Of a DNA stretch of 64,000 nt, positions 27,601 to 39,112 are shown one piece after another. The stretch covers positions 22,384,001 through 22,448,000 of the forward strand of contig CM119371.1 of NCBI GenBank assembly GCA_051294905.1, given 5' to 3'. Position numbers and translations under genes: made by a program. The stretch comes from Botryllus schlosseri. Its lineage: Eukaryota. How positions within the stretch are numbered: position 1 is the stretch's first letter; each line of letters begins with the position of its first letter. A model generated the notes under the pieces. It was not told the origin of the DNA. It did no database searches and saw nothing but the letters and a program-made list of their open reading frames with translations.

Positions 27601-28396
27601 TAATAAAACATTTGATTTTTCCTGCTGATGAAGTTGGCAATGCTTAAAATGTCAGTTTTTAGCTCAGCATTGCGGCTACATGTGGCATGAGTCGTCGCTA
27701 TAGGTATCATGCATATTATTATATTTCATTAAGTAAATGTAGGGTTGGAATTAGCGATATGAAATTCTGTGATGCAACAGGTTCGTGTTCAGGATCGCCT
27801 TCATATAAAAACATTCAGGGGTTCACAGTTCGCACCTTACCTAGTGAAAACGGTGGGCAAGCGAGTGGCGCAGTGTCCTAAGCGTCACGACACCAATGGT
27901 TACTGGTTCGAGTCTCGGCTCTGTCTGTTTGTTTGACGTGCTGTGCGTCGAATACCATGGTGATTTACACCAGATCGAGAGTTTCTTCTGTTCGCTTTCG
28001 TATCTGCCGACTTGTAGCACGGCCCAGTCATAAGCTTTTCGTAAGACACCGCTCACGCGGATCAGTTGTCGAGAAGGAGCCTAGATAAACATCCAACACT
28101 TAGGTTGGAATTCTGGAGTCGTCCTCTATCGGACCCGAACCCGCAACCCATTGGTGATGCAGCTGTTGATTATACCACTTCGCTATCTCGGCACGTAAGC
28201 AACAGTTGTAAGCTTGTAAACGTTGAATCACTATGAATTTCGTTTGAATAGCCCCGTTTTCGGTCAAGAAAAATGGTATTTTGTCTTAAAAATGGACGAC
28301 CTAATCTATACGGGTGGTTTAGAACCCGCGACCCGCCTGCCTGCTAAGGCGCATCATAGCATTATTTGCAATTGTGCATGGACAAAGGAAATTACC

Positions 28397-28854
28397 AGGA
28401 TTGTAACCAAGTCAAGGTTCCGACTCACGAATGAATTCTACTTTCATATATTTTCGACTCGAGTCAAGCTATTTTCACTTCACCATCAATTCAAGTCCAA
28501 GTCTAAGCCAGGTCAAGGTTTCTAGACTCGTGTCTGAGTTCAAGTCATTGTGTTAAACGTTCCATCCCGTTGAATCCCGAATCCCGTTAAAACCACCCTG
28601 CACGAGTGATATGGAAAGGCTCGCAATAATCATATAGTAATTTTTCCGTCTATCAGTTTAAAGCCCTATTTTCCAAGTATTAGGACTGATATACGAAATA
28701 GTAAAAGTGTGGTAACTTTACTATTTTCGACATTACAATGTAATGTCTGTTCTGGCTTGGCCTTACTTGGTTCGAGTGATATTACTCATTTGAAAAAATG
28801 ACTGGAGTCAAGTAACCATAAAATAGCGACTCGAGTCCAATCATTACAACCCTG
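28397..28854. mobile_element. Old hAT-like element with GACTCGAGTC subterminal repeats (part of the duplication unit)
   Basis: Ends CAGGATTGTAA / TTACAACCCTG; copies at about 13777-14153 and 48624-49091; truncated copies near 19920, 22235, 25238. Confidence 0.6.
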
Positions 28855-30750
28855 CTATTTGCTGATTTGAGTCATTTAGGATTAGATTTTGCTCATGCCA
28901 GTCCTATCGCATAGAAACTGCAATATCCAAGAAAAAAAATAGAACCTTTATATGCATTTTTGATAATATGATGAAATATTTGATATAGCTATCGATCGTT
29001 TGAAAAATATTTTCGTCAATCTCCTGAATCCCCCACCAAAGTTAGTATTGCTACGGTATTGGCTCAGTATTGCTTCTATCGCAGTGACGAGGTTGCGCGA
29101 CCAGCGTTCATTGCTTCACGTCGTCGTGATTGGCAGAAGCAGGAATAAATAATAACCGAGATATAAAACTGATGTTTGCATAGCTAAGTAGGCACGCTGT
29201 ACACTGAACACTGAACAGGGTATTTACAAAAGAGGTGTGGATGTGGACGTGAAAGTCACTCAACGCTATTCCGTTTTTCGACGTCATTGTTTCCGTCTGC
29301 CACTCAAATTATATAAAATGTTATTCATAAGATAGTCTCATAATATCAGTGGCTGATATCTTCCTATAGATGCTACTAAACGTTTTGGTAATCAAAATGT
29401 AAAACATCTGCGTATGGTGTTTCAGGGAAATGCGTTCGGAATTATATGTTATGAAAAGTGACGTCAATGTGTCAATTGACAGTTGCAAAATGCTATCAAA
29501 GCACATCTTGCCCGGTATTACGATTCACAGGTTTTTGCCTGAAATTATTTATTAATAGTGAGCCATTTACGATGCAATTTAGAGGCTTGATTATAACGAT
29601 CCTCACTATTACAATAACGATATCTAAACACCCTTCCCGTAACCGGTTATGAATTACTTGATCTCTATGTACAGTCATCAAATCATATTAAATGAAAATG
29701 TCGTCTATATTGAACGAAACAAGGTACTTTACTTTGTCATTATCATAAAAAACTTGATTGGTTACGTACTTGGTCATGGCAAGTAAAGTCCTCTTTCTCT
29801 GATGTATTTTGATATTAAACTCATTTGTTAGCAGTAAAGTATTTTGAGACCCACAAATCTTTTCTCGTCCATTTGTCTGGACGTCTTTGTCCGACGTTTT
29901 GAGGGATCTTGACCAGGATTGTACCCAATTCACTGTGTTTCGAGTGAGGAGTAACTTCTGAATTTTGACTTTGGAATCGACGGAAGTTGAAATATTTTCC
30001 GTTCGTCATCGAGACGAGCCAAGTCCAATTCTTGGTAAATAAACATTACAAATGTTGCCGTAGACGAAGCCATGTGTGGAAACTCCAGTCCGAGTCATAG
30101 ATTGCCTAGATCTTGCCGTCGTTAAGGCACTAGGCAATCCCATTAATTAGGAAACAATTATACACCCATAACTTTGAGACTAATGAAGCAATCATTCTGA
30201 AGTTTTGACATCAGTTGATTCGCTGGACATCATAAATTTGGTGAAAACTCGTTGGGAAATGATGAAGGTTTTTTTACTTTCATTAGATTTTATGATTTAT
30301 CGGACTATTTGTTAACTGAATTTATTCCTGGCAAATTTTCGAGTGTATTTTTTTTTCTGGGTGCTATATAGATTCTAATTACCACAAAATTCCGGATGAA
30401 ACTTTTTTTTTCAAACAAAGGTGATTCTCTGAAAAAATTTAAACAAGGCATTGTATCCAGTGTAATGCGTACATAAGTTTTATTCCACGATATGTGTGAA
30501 TGTCAAACCGCAATGGAAGGCACAAAAGTCTATTATTCCACGGTTTTCGCACTTGCGCAAAACCCTGTGTAAGTTTGCACAGTTTGCAGAAAACATGCCA
30601 ATCGTTGACAATTTCATACATTTTAATCATAGCTCCCAACGGTTCATTATAGCTGTCGGCATCTTTGAAATCGAAATTACTGCACTAAGTTTATATACAT
30701 ATATATATATATGCCAGAGCTCTCCTATATCTATAACGATAGCACTAGAG

Positions 30751-31911
30751 CAGGGCTGGCCAACCTTTTTGCTATTCACGGCCGCGTTTCGATCAATCAT
30801 GTATAGCCCAGTGCTCTTCAATATGTGCTTTCACTTGAGCAATGAAAATGAAAAAACGGATGAGTACGAATGAAAATAGTGAATAATTGGTAATTTGTCT
30901 GAAGTGGAATAATTCCAATAAACCTATTAGGAAATTCAAGGGCAGTTGTAATTAAGACGCAGTAGTAGAAACTTGCTTAACTTACGACGCACCACTAATC
31001 GTAGCTCTCACAAGCCGCAGTGAATTATTATTTTCGCACTATGATTAATACGTAACCAAAAGCCTGGTTTGGAAGATTATGTAGTGGCAGACACACAGTA
31101 TATCAGCCCGACTGAGTCTGCGACAAACTAGAAAAACAACGTGAAATTGACTTTCTGCCTTCTTTCACTAAACAATCAACATGTTTTCGTAATAACTGTT
31201 TGATTAGCGCGAGGCATGAGGATAGTAGTAAATACCATCATCACAGACACACATTTGCAAGTTACTGTAACGCAAATTTTTACCCCTTTAAGGTTTATTA
31301 AAGTATGGACCGCAAAGAGTATCATTTTCGGTCGACACGGTGCCAGAGCTATCTGTTAATATATACGTAATATTTGATGAATTTATTGCAAAAATCCTAC
31401 GATGGTTTCCACATATCCAAAATCACTGTGTTGGAGTAGACCAGGGGTGGGCAACATACGACCCGCGGGCCGGTTATAAAAGTTATAAAAGAAGATACAT
31501 CTTTGGGTAAAGGTCAATTGTCATTAGTCACTTTGTCGCATGCCGTTATTTATTGACCCTCCATAAGGATTGTCGGTATAGTTGAAATATATTGGAATGG
31601 TTCAAATGTACCCGAAACAAATCTCCTTTGTGGGGCACACAAGATGCGATGACAGTAGGCCTTTGTCTACATGGGGCGCATCACTTTCATCCGATGTTCG
31701 CATCTGTACTGTGGGGATCAGATTGCAGTAGGCGCTACTATCACAACGAAAATGAAATCGAATTGACTCGCCCATAGCACGCAAAAAAATAATTCGAGAG
31801 TCGATGCGAAAATACCATTTGCATGTAGACGGCCGCCAACACATATACCAATTGCATTACGTGTTTACGGCCGCACATATTTCCTTTACGGACGCAGGTT
31901 GGTCACCTCTG
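30751..31911. mobile_element. Degenerate hAT MITE with a nested left end at 31442
   Basis: Ends CAGGGCTGGCCAACC / GGTTGGTCACCTCTG; TSD decayed (CACTAGAG/TACTGAAG); internal CAGGGGTGGGCAAC. Confidence 0.6.
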
Positions 31912-32211
31912 TACTGAAGGTACCCGTAACAACTCGACGCGATTACGTATAGTCGCGTCCAACCTCAGTCAAAAAAAGTGTATACAAGTACATTCGATGC
32001 CGAACCAGGCGAAGAAATTGCAGGAAAGAAGGGAACTCAGCCGTTTTGACACTACAGCGAGGCGGCACCTCTGATGAACAAAAACTGATCTCTCTCGAAT
32101 TCAGAAGATCGATTGTCCTTCTTTCCATCGGTCGGACAGAGAGATTGGTGTCAGCGTTATTAACCAAATTAAATGCGCTTGATTATCATGGGGCTTCAGG
32201 GTTATGACTAA

Positions 32212-32688
32212 AAAATAGAAATTTGCCTGGAGCAGCAATCTCGAAACAACAACCTGGAATTTCATGGTGTTCCCCACTCCGAAAAAGAAAATCTGCCTGA
32301 AACTATCATGAAAATAGCTAACGCCTTGAAAGCTGAGATTACTGCGCCACAGATTGTGCAGTGTTATAGAGTGCGCTTCAGAAATAAGGACAAAACAGGA
32401 CCTGTTATAGCCAAATTCTCTTCAGAGCAACCAAAAAAAGAATTCCTCAAAGTGAAAAAGGCCAAAAGGGATATCAAGGACTTTGGTGTAGAAGGAATGA
32501 AACAACTCTTCCTAAACGAAAATTTAACAAATTACAGAAGAGATGTTTTCTTTGAAGCGCGAGCTGCGAAACAAAAAAAAAGCTTCAAATACCTCTGGAC
32601 TGCAAATGGAAATATCTACATGAAAAAGAATGATGGTGCACCCAGAATCCACATTGAGTCAAAGGATGACCTCGATAAACTCAAATAG
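32212..32688 (+). CDS. LINE ORF1, C-terminal part
   Basis: In-frame LEQQSRNNNLEFHGVP upstream of the tracked Met, and FLNENLT..RRDVFFEAR..FKYLWTANGNIY, motifs typical of CR1/L2-group ORF1; in-frame TAA at 32209. Confidence 0.8.
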   Translation, partial: KIEICLEQQSRNNNLEFHGVPHSEKENLPETIMKIANALKAEITAPQIVQCYRVRFRNKDKTGPVIAKFSSEQPKKEFLKVKKAKRDIKDFGVEGMKQLFLNENLTNYRRDVFFEARAAKQKKSFKYLWTANGNIYMKKNDGAPRIHIESKDDLDKLK

Positions 32689-32735
32689 AAACTGCTATAC
32701 TGCTCTCTCACTGCAAACGCAACCCACACTAAAAA

Positions 32736-35651
32736 ATGGCTCAAAACTTTTTCAACGTGAGCAACTGCAGATCTATCAATTCAACGAATAGTAGTGATAT
32801 CCCATCATCTCAAGGAATTTTACTTGCACACTTAAACACAAGATCCCTCCAAGCTCATCTAGATGAAATTCCCCCCCTGTTTGAAATGTTCAATTGCTCA
32901 CCAACCATCATCGGAATTTCTGAGACCAAGTTGAAAGAACATCCAACGACTAATGTTAACCTGACAGGTTTCAACTTTTTACACTCGCCATCTAAAACGA
33001 ACGCTGGAGGTGTTGGACTATACATCAACGAAGGTCTGAGATTTGACATGATGCCCGACGTAAAATTTGAAACCGAAGGCGTAGAATATATATTTGTCAG
33101 AGTACATGTACAAAAAGCTCTCACAGTGGCAGTCATCTACAAACACCCAGGAACAAAGCAAGAGACTTTTCTTGACGAATTCTCAAATATTCTGGAAACG
33201 CTAACGGCAGCTAACGAACAAATATTTATTATGGGAGACATAAATATTGATTTGCTGAAGACCACCAACTTTAACACAAGGTACCGTGAAATGCTTGATT
33301 CTTATGGAATAGCTCAGATAATTACTGAACCCACAAGAATAACTGATCAATCCAAAACTCTACTAGATCACTTCTACTGCAACACTCATCAATATCACCT
33401 GTCCCCTTTTGTGCTCCAACACAGTATGACTGATCACTATCCCATCATCTGCCACATGAAATTGGCCCTGCCACATTGTGCTAAAGAATTTGAATCTCGA
33501 ACGCCCTTAAACCCACGCGGTATAGAGGAGTATATTGAAATTGTCAGCAATACCTTCAACAACTACAAAATTCCTCCACTCACAACTGACAACTACAACT
33601 GCCATTTTGAAAAATTTATTGAGGAACTGCGGGCAGCCCTCGACACATCTTTCCCAATTAGGAAAGTCAACCGCAATGCAAGGCGCTTGAAATCGAAACC
33701 CTGGATTGGTCATGACATACTAGTTGCGATGAAAACAAGGGATTGGATGCATAAGCACTACTATCTGCAAGGCACCATCGAAGGCAAAAAAGTGTACAAA
33801 AAATATGCAAACCAAGTGACGCATATGAAAGAAAATGCCAAAAAAGCATACTTCCAAAAAAGATTCGAAGAGTGCTCCAAAGATCCCAAGAACACATGGA
33901 AAACCATTGGAGAAATTATCAACCTAACTAAAGGTAATGCTCCCAAGAGTACTGATGACATCGAGCTACTCGAGAATGGCAGCATCATCAAAGACCAGCT
34001 TGCAGTAGCAGAAAAGTTCAATCAGTATTTTTGCAACATTGGTCCGGATCTTGCAGCTTCAATACCAAACTCCTCCGATGACTTTCTCACGTATTTGAGT
34101 CCTGGCCCTCAGAAATCCATTTTTCTTGAGCCGACAAGTGAAGGAGAAGTTGCGATCGTATTATCTGAAATGAAAAGTAACAAAGCAGTAGGACCCGATC
34201 TCATCCCAACTCACTTTCTGAAGCTAGTCTTTAATATTATTGGTGATGTTATATGCATTTTCTTCAATGAGTCGATACGTCTAGGCATTTTCCCAGATGC
34301 ACTGAAAACTGCCAGAGTAATGCCAGTGTTTAAGAAAGGCTGTAAAAAGCTAATTTCTAACTACCGACCAATATCTGTTTTGCCAAATCTTGCCACGGTT
34401 TTTGAGAAACTGATTGACTGCCGACTTAAGAACTTTTTTGAATTGAATGCAGTACTGTCTCCGACCCAGCATGGATTCAGATCCAACCACAACACCAACC
34501 ATGCAATACTATCAATTGTAACGGACTATTACAAAACCATCAAGCAAAAAGAAAGTGGCTGCAGCATTTTTATCGATCTCCGCAAAGCTTTCGACACAGT
34601 TAACCACAGAATCTTAAGATACAAGCTAGAACACTATGGAATCAGGGGTATTGCAGCAACTCTACTTGGAAGCTACCTGGCAAACCGCAAACAATTTGTT
34701 AAACTGGGGACATTAAGAACGACTACCAGAGATATAACTTGTGGAGTGCCACAAGGCTCAGTCCTTGGACCGACTTTTTTCCTCATTTATATTAACGACA
34801 TTGTTAATGCATCTTTATTCCGCACAACGCTATTTGCTGATGATACTCACCTCTTCATAACCTCCAACACTGTCGATGATTTGCATGCATCTGTGAATAG
34901 GGAACTCCCAAAAGTGTCGAGATGGCTGCAAGCAAACAAATTAAGTTTGAATGCAGATAAGACCGAGATGCTCGTTTTAAATAATGCCAGTCATAATTTC
35001 ACTGTGAACATCAATCATAAACAAATCTCAATATGTGACTCAGCAAAATATCTCGGCGTCACCATTGATTATAAATTGTCTTGGAAGCAGCATATTGAAT
35101 GCACAATATCAAAACTAGCTCGGTGTGTGGGAATAATGACCCGTCTCCAATCTTTGGTTTCCAGATCAGTACTACGAACCATCTACTTCTCCCTTTTCCA
35201 CTCGCATCTGCAATATGGAATCGTAGTATGGGGAAATGCATGTACAACATTTTTGTGCAGAATTCGAACCCTGCAAAACCGTGCGATACGGCTGATCTCA
35301 TCTGTACCTTTACGTACCAATTTATCGCCTTACTACCGTAAGCATCGAATTTTGCGAGTTGATGAACTGTATCGCTTCGAAGTATCAAAAGTTGTTCACA
35401 AATATTTTTCCAATAGTCTCCCTCCTGTGTTTGATGACTTTTTCATACCTGCTAAACATGTCCATTCCCATTACACGAGATCTTCGTCTAAAGGAAACGT
35501 CTACTTACCCCAACCCAATAGCAACCTAACTAAGAGATCTATCGACTACTCGGGACCTATCATCTGGAATGCATTACCATCACATATCCGTGAATTGCCT
35601 TATAATAGATTCAAAAAAGCCCTACTTGATCACCTCTTGTCGTTACACTAA
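32736..35651 (+). CDS. LINE ORF2: apurinic-like endonuclease plus reverse transcriptase, 971 aa
   Basis: Endonuclease motifs LNTRSL, GISET, MGDINID, LLDHF, TDHYP; RT motifs NYRPISVL, QHGFR, FIDLRKAFDTV, GVPQGSVLGP, FADD, KYLGVTID; no stops or frameshifts. Confidence 0.97.
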   Translation: MAQNFFNVSNCRSINSTNSSDIPSSQGILLAHLNTRSLQAHLDEIPPLFEMFNCSPTIIGISETKLKEHPTTNVNLTGFNFLHSPSKTNAGGVGLYINEGLRFDMMPDVKFETEGVEYIFVRVHVQKALTVAVIYKHPGTKQETFLDEFSNILETLTAANEQIFIMGDINIDLLKTTNFNTRYREMLDSYGIAQIITEPTRITDQSKTLLDHFYCNTHQYHLSPFVLQHSMTDHYPIICHMKLALPHCAKEFESRTPLNPRGIEEYIEIVSNTFNNYKIPPLTTDNYNCHFEKFIEELRAALDTSFPIRKVNRNARRLKSKPWIGHDILVAMKTRDWMHKHYYLQGTIEGKKVYKKYANQVTHMKENAKKAYFQKRFEECSKDPKNTWKTIGEIINLTKGNAPKSTDDIELLENGSIIKDQLAVAEKFNQYFCNIGPDLAASIPNSSDDFLTYLSPGPQKSIFLEPTSEGEVAIVLSEMKSNKAVGPDLIPTHFLKLVFNIIGDVICIFFNESIRLGIFPDALKTARVMPVFKKGCKKLISNYRPISVLPNLATVFEKLIDCRLKNFFELNAVLSPTQHGFRSNHNTNHAILSIVTDYYKTIKQKESGCSIFIDLRKAFDTVNHRILRYKLEHYGIRGIAATLLGSYLANRKQFVKLGTLRTTTRDITCGVPQGSVLGPTFFLIYINDIVNASLFRTTLFADDTHLFITSNTVDDLHASVNRELPKVSRWLQANKLSLNADKTEMLVLNNASHNFTVNINHKQISICDSAKYLGVTIDYKLSWKQHIECTISKLARCVGIMTRLQSLVSRSVLRTIYFSLFHSHLQYGIVVWGNACTTFLCRIRTLQNRAIRLISSVPLRTNLSPYYRKHRILRVDELYRFEVSKVVHKYFSNSLPPVFDDFFIPAKHVHSHYTRSSSKGNVYLPQPNSNLTKRSIDYSGPIIWNALPSHIRELPYNRFKKALLDHLLSLH

Positions 35652-37089
35652 CACTGTTGCCCTACCTCGTCCAGACATTGCTTCATTGATCATTTGCTAC
35701 CATTGTTTAATTTTTTTTCTATTTTCCTTTCGTAACTAAACATTTTTTTACAGCCAGACTGTTCTGAGTCAAGTGTACCTGTTTGATGCTGGTGTGATCA
35801 GACTAGATGACCTTCACGGTCTTATCGATCATTCCTATCTAATACCGAATACTGTGCACGCATATTTTCTGTACCACCATCACTGCCGTTTGTTATGTAT
35901 TTTGGTTCGATGAAAATAAAGACTCTCTCTCTCTCTGTGGCAGGAATTGATGAACATTATTGGTATAAATTATTAAAATTTGACCGCAAAGGTGGCAGCA
36001 AATAATCTTCGGTGTGAGAGCCCGACCTATATTGGATTTTTGGGTCGATACCGATGAAATCGGTATCTCACAGCTTGACCGAAAACCCCAATACATTCTG
36101 CCGATATTCAAAAAAAGTTGGATGTATCCATAAGCACATTTTCGAAGCTTCAGGGCATTTATTTGAACGTCTTTACAGCCATTGTTATACTTGAACACGA
36201 AATAGACTAGAAAGGCTGCATCTGGACACCTGTAAAGTGTAAGGCATATGAAATATATCAATATTCTCAGTCTAGCGGTCAAAGATTAAAATTTCCTGAC
36301 TTCCTACCGTCATTTTGTGACGTCGCGCGCAAATTGCTGATAATTTTTCCGCTCCAATGCCCGATACCGATAATTCTTTCAAAGTGTTATCATCGACGAA
36401 CCGATAACACTAGCCAGCACTGTTTTGTTGACTTTGATCAGACAATTGATTGAGACTAACTTTTGGGCGATGAAATAAAAAACGACTCCCGTTTTTCTCC
36501 ATCACGTCAATTTTTGGGGTTTGCACCCACCACATTTTCTCATAACCGACATAATAGCACTATTTTTAATATTTTGTGTTTCTTGTATAAAGCGTTTCAA
36601 AAACCACAATCAGTCAAGAGAAAATCAATAGTCTTCAAATAAACATTTGCAGTGCTTTATTTGGCTGATTTAAACTGATATTGCTTTTACATGACAAATA
36701 TAGTGCGAGTTTCAGGGTCCAAACTAACGCTAATAACCTATAATTCTATTTCTTGTCTAGTTTGATACTCGAGCAATAGTCATCTAACACTTGTAGCTCC
36801 AAGCTACCCTGGTATCTTAGCCCCATCATCTTCCCAGGCCCAGGCACGGACTTGTTTGATAAAACAGATTTGTCTGTATTTCAATTCAAGAGCAGGAATC
36901 GTTGTATCAAACTTGTCCCGGAAAGTAGATCTCTCTGTATCTCAACTGAAATCAATGTGTCGTTTTGTGCATTTCACATAACTGTCTGCTTGTATATGGC
37001 CGGTATTTTGTATGTATGCTCGATTGCTCGTGGTGGATTTTATTACAACTAAGACTATAATGAAAACATATCGTTGTGATGTCTTACAA

Positions 37090-37815
37090 CAGGGCTGGCC
37101 AACCTTTTCGGCCAAAGGGCCACATTCGATCGATGAACTTTTGCGCGGGCCACTATCCGCGCGAAGCGCGAAAATTTTTTGAAGTTCATAGGTCAATAAT
37201 ATTGTCACTTGACTATATTGCGGGCCTGCTGTATATCACTAGGCTATGTTTGCGAGGACTGGGCTATTCGGCGCATGGACATATCGATATGGAAAGCTGT
37301 GACCGACACGCGTCAATCATTTCTTGCCTAGGTTTCACGGTGCATGGACGGTCTTACTGCGAGAGCAAACGCAAGGTCGCATATGTTGAACGACACTTTG
37401 TCTCGTAATCGCGAACATAGTTATAGACTTTGATACATTAGGTGTTCTTCCATTTTCACAAAAGGGCAACAATATTAAAAACAAGACATCGAGTGACAAC
37501 ATATTGCGCTAAGCTTGTAGAAACTTTTTACCTTTGATAAATCTATCGTAAATTATTCTGCTTTGTTGTAGTGTACGAAGATGTACCAATATGTGAATGG
37601 CTGATGGACCTGTCAATGCGTCGGAACTGATATTTTAGTCATCACATCTCAAGTATTGCGGCCGGACTATTCAAATTTTTGGTTGGCCTTGCAAGCTCAA
37701 AACCTGTGCAATCCATTTTTGATGATATTAGAAATTTCGGAAATTACCTCGCGGGCCACTCAAAACCTTCTCGCGGGCCACATGTGGCCCGCGGGCCACG
37801 GGTTGGCCGGCCCTG
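37090..37815. mobile_element. Non-autonomous hAT (Charlie-like) MITE
   Basis: TIRs CAGGGCTGGCCAACC / GGTTGGCCGGCCCTG; perfect TSD TCTTACAA; GCGGGCC subterminal motifs. Confidence 0.92.
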
Positions 37816-38233
37816 TCTTACAACATAAGGGTCAGTATGTATGCCAGAAAGCAACAATGATTCAGTTAGCGATATGGCTAATAGCGGTTGTAAGCTGCAG
37901 TAGCGAGCGGGTTAATCGACGGCAACAACCGGTTAATGAGTCTGCGGCAGAAGCGCGAGAATTGTATCTTGTGAAGCATCATTTCGACATGAAATGCGGG
38001 TGATCGCATCCCATTTTGTTGACTGGGGCATACCTGGAACACGTTATATACCTTGTAGAGTAACTTTTAAATGGAAATATAAACATCATTTGACATCTAA
38101 TGCGCATGATACGGCGTGTGATCGCATCCCTTTTTGTTGACTGGGACGCTGCGACGCCAATTCAATTGGCTAGAAAAATTTCCGTTTTATACTTTGTAGA
38201 GTAACTTTTAAATGGAAATCTAATATGTTGCAG

Positions 38234-39061
38234 AAATCGAATACCCATTCGAAGAAAAAAGTGTTAACGTCGATCATACCAGCAAAGAAGTGGAAATAGG
38301 CGAATGTAGTGTTTTCTTTCCCGATGGATGTTTCAATAAAATGGAAAAAATCACCATCCGGGCAGAAATCAATCCTTCGATATACCCTTCTGAGTATGAA
38401 GCAATTACACCAACATTGACGATCAACGCACCAAAATTAAGATTGCCCGCAACAGTCAAATTACATACTTGGTGTGTCTCCGGAAGCGACAAGCAGGAAA
38501 TTTACATCATGCGATGTGACGAATCATCCAATCGATGGAGAAAAATTGAATGCAAATATTTGGAATATTCAAGATATATCGAATTCCGCATTCCCCAATT
38601 TTCCGGATATGCAGTATTCCGAAGTTTAAAAGAGAAATTGCTAAGTTTGATTCATCCTCTACCACCACGCTATTGCTTGCAACCATTCTTTTACTACAAA
38701 GGCGACTCCTTCGCGCTGGCGGTAATTCCTGACAACAAGCTAATGGAAACAAACCTTCAAAAAATCATGGAGAAGAACTATGGGCCGGACGTTGAGCTTA
38801 AGAGACCTAGGGTCATTGAAGCTGATAAACATAGCACTATCAAAATGGATATAAAAAGCTACGAAACTGGTATCAACGTTAAGCCCCAGGATAAGACATT
38901 AAGTAAAAAGGTCAAGGACATAACGCGAAGCCCGACACCAATATATGAATTATTGATCATACAAGGTACTGAATCGATATCGAGCGAATGGATACCCATG
39001 ACATTTAGAGTGGTAATAAATGCAAAGCTAATCAACGGGTCATTTCCTTGTCCGAATCCAG
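38234..39061 (+). CDS. ZU5 domain plus UPA-like region, exon copy 1 (276 codons)
   Basis: TTGCAG acceptor, CAG|GTAAGT donor, 828 nt, phase 1-1, open; ZU5-like pattern SVFFPDGCF...AITPTLTI...LPATVKLHTW...IYIM...W...IEFRIPQFSGY. UPA assignment is positional inference. Confidence 0.8.
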
Positions 39062-39112
39062 GTAAGTTTTTTGGAGAATGTCCTCATCTATACACGTGAA
39101 CACCAACTACAA

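Larger units (their letters stand above)
11090..29370 (+). repeat. Tandem segmental duplication array (about five mosaic 3-5 kb units; a further unit at about 41690-49730)
   Basis: Recurring ordered blocks (hAT fossil, linker exon, SINE, GACTCGAGTC-rich element) with clearly alignable sequence. Confidence 0.92.
32212..35936 (+). mobile_element. CR1-group (L2/Crack-like) LINE, probably 5'-truncated in ORF1
   Basis: ORF1 C-terminal half, complete ORF2, 3' UTR ending AATAAAGA(CT)n. Confidence 0.95.

Noticed and set aside
31930..32210. LINE 5' UTR or ribozyme (hairpin GACGCGA...TCGCGTC, CTGATGA)
   Set aside because: No complete hammerhead or HDV fold could be built, and it is unclear whether this segment belongs to the LINE.
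32855..35388. Antisense and alternate-frame ORFs within LINE ORF2
   Set aside because: Shadow ORFs of a long coding sequence.
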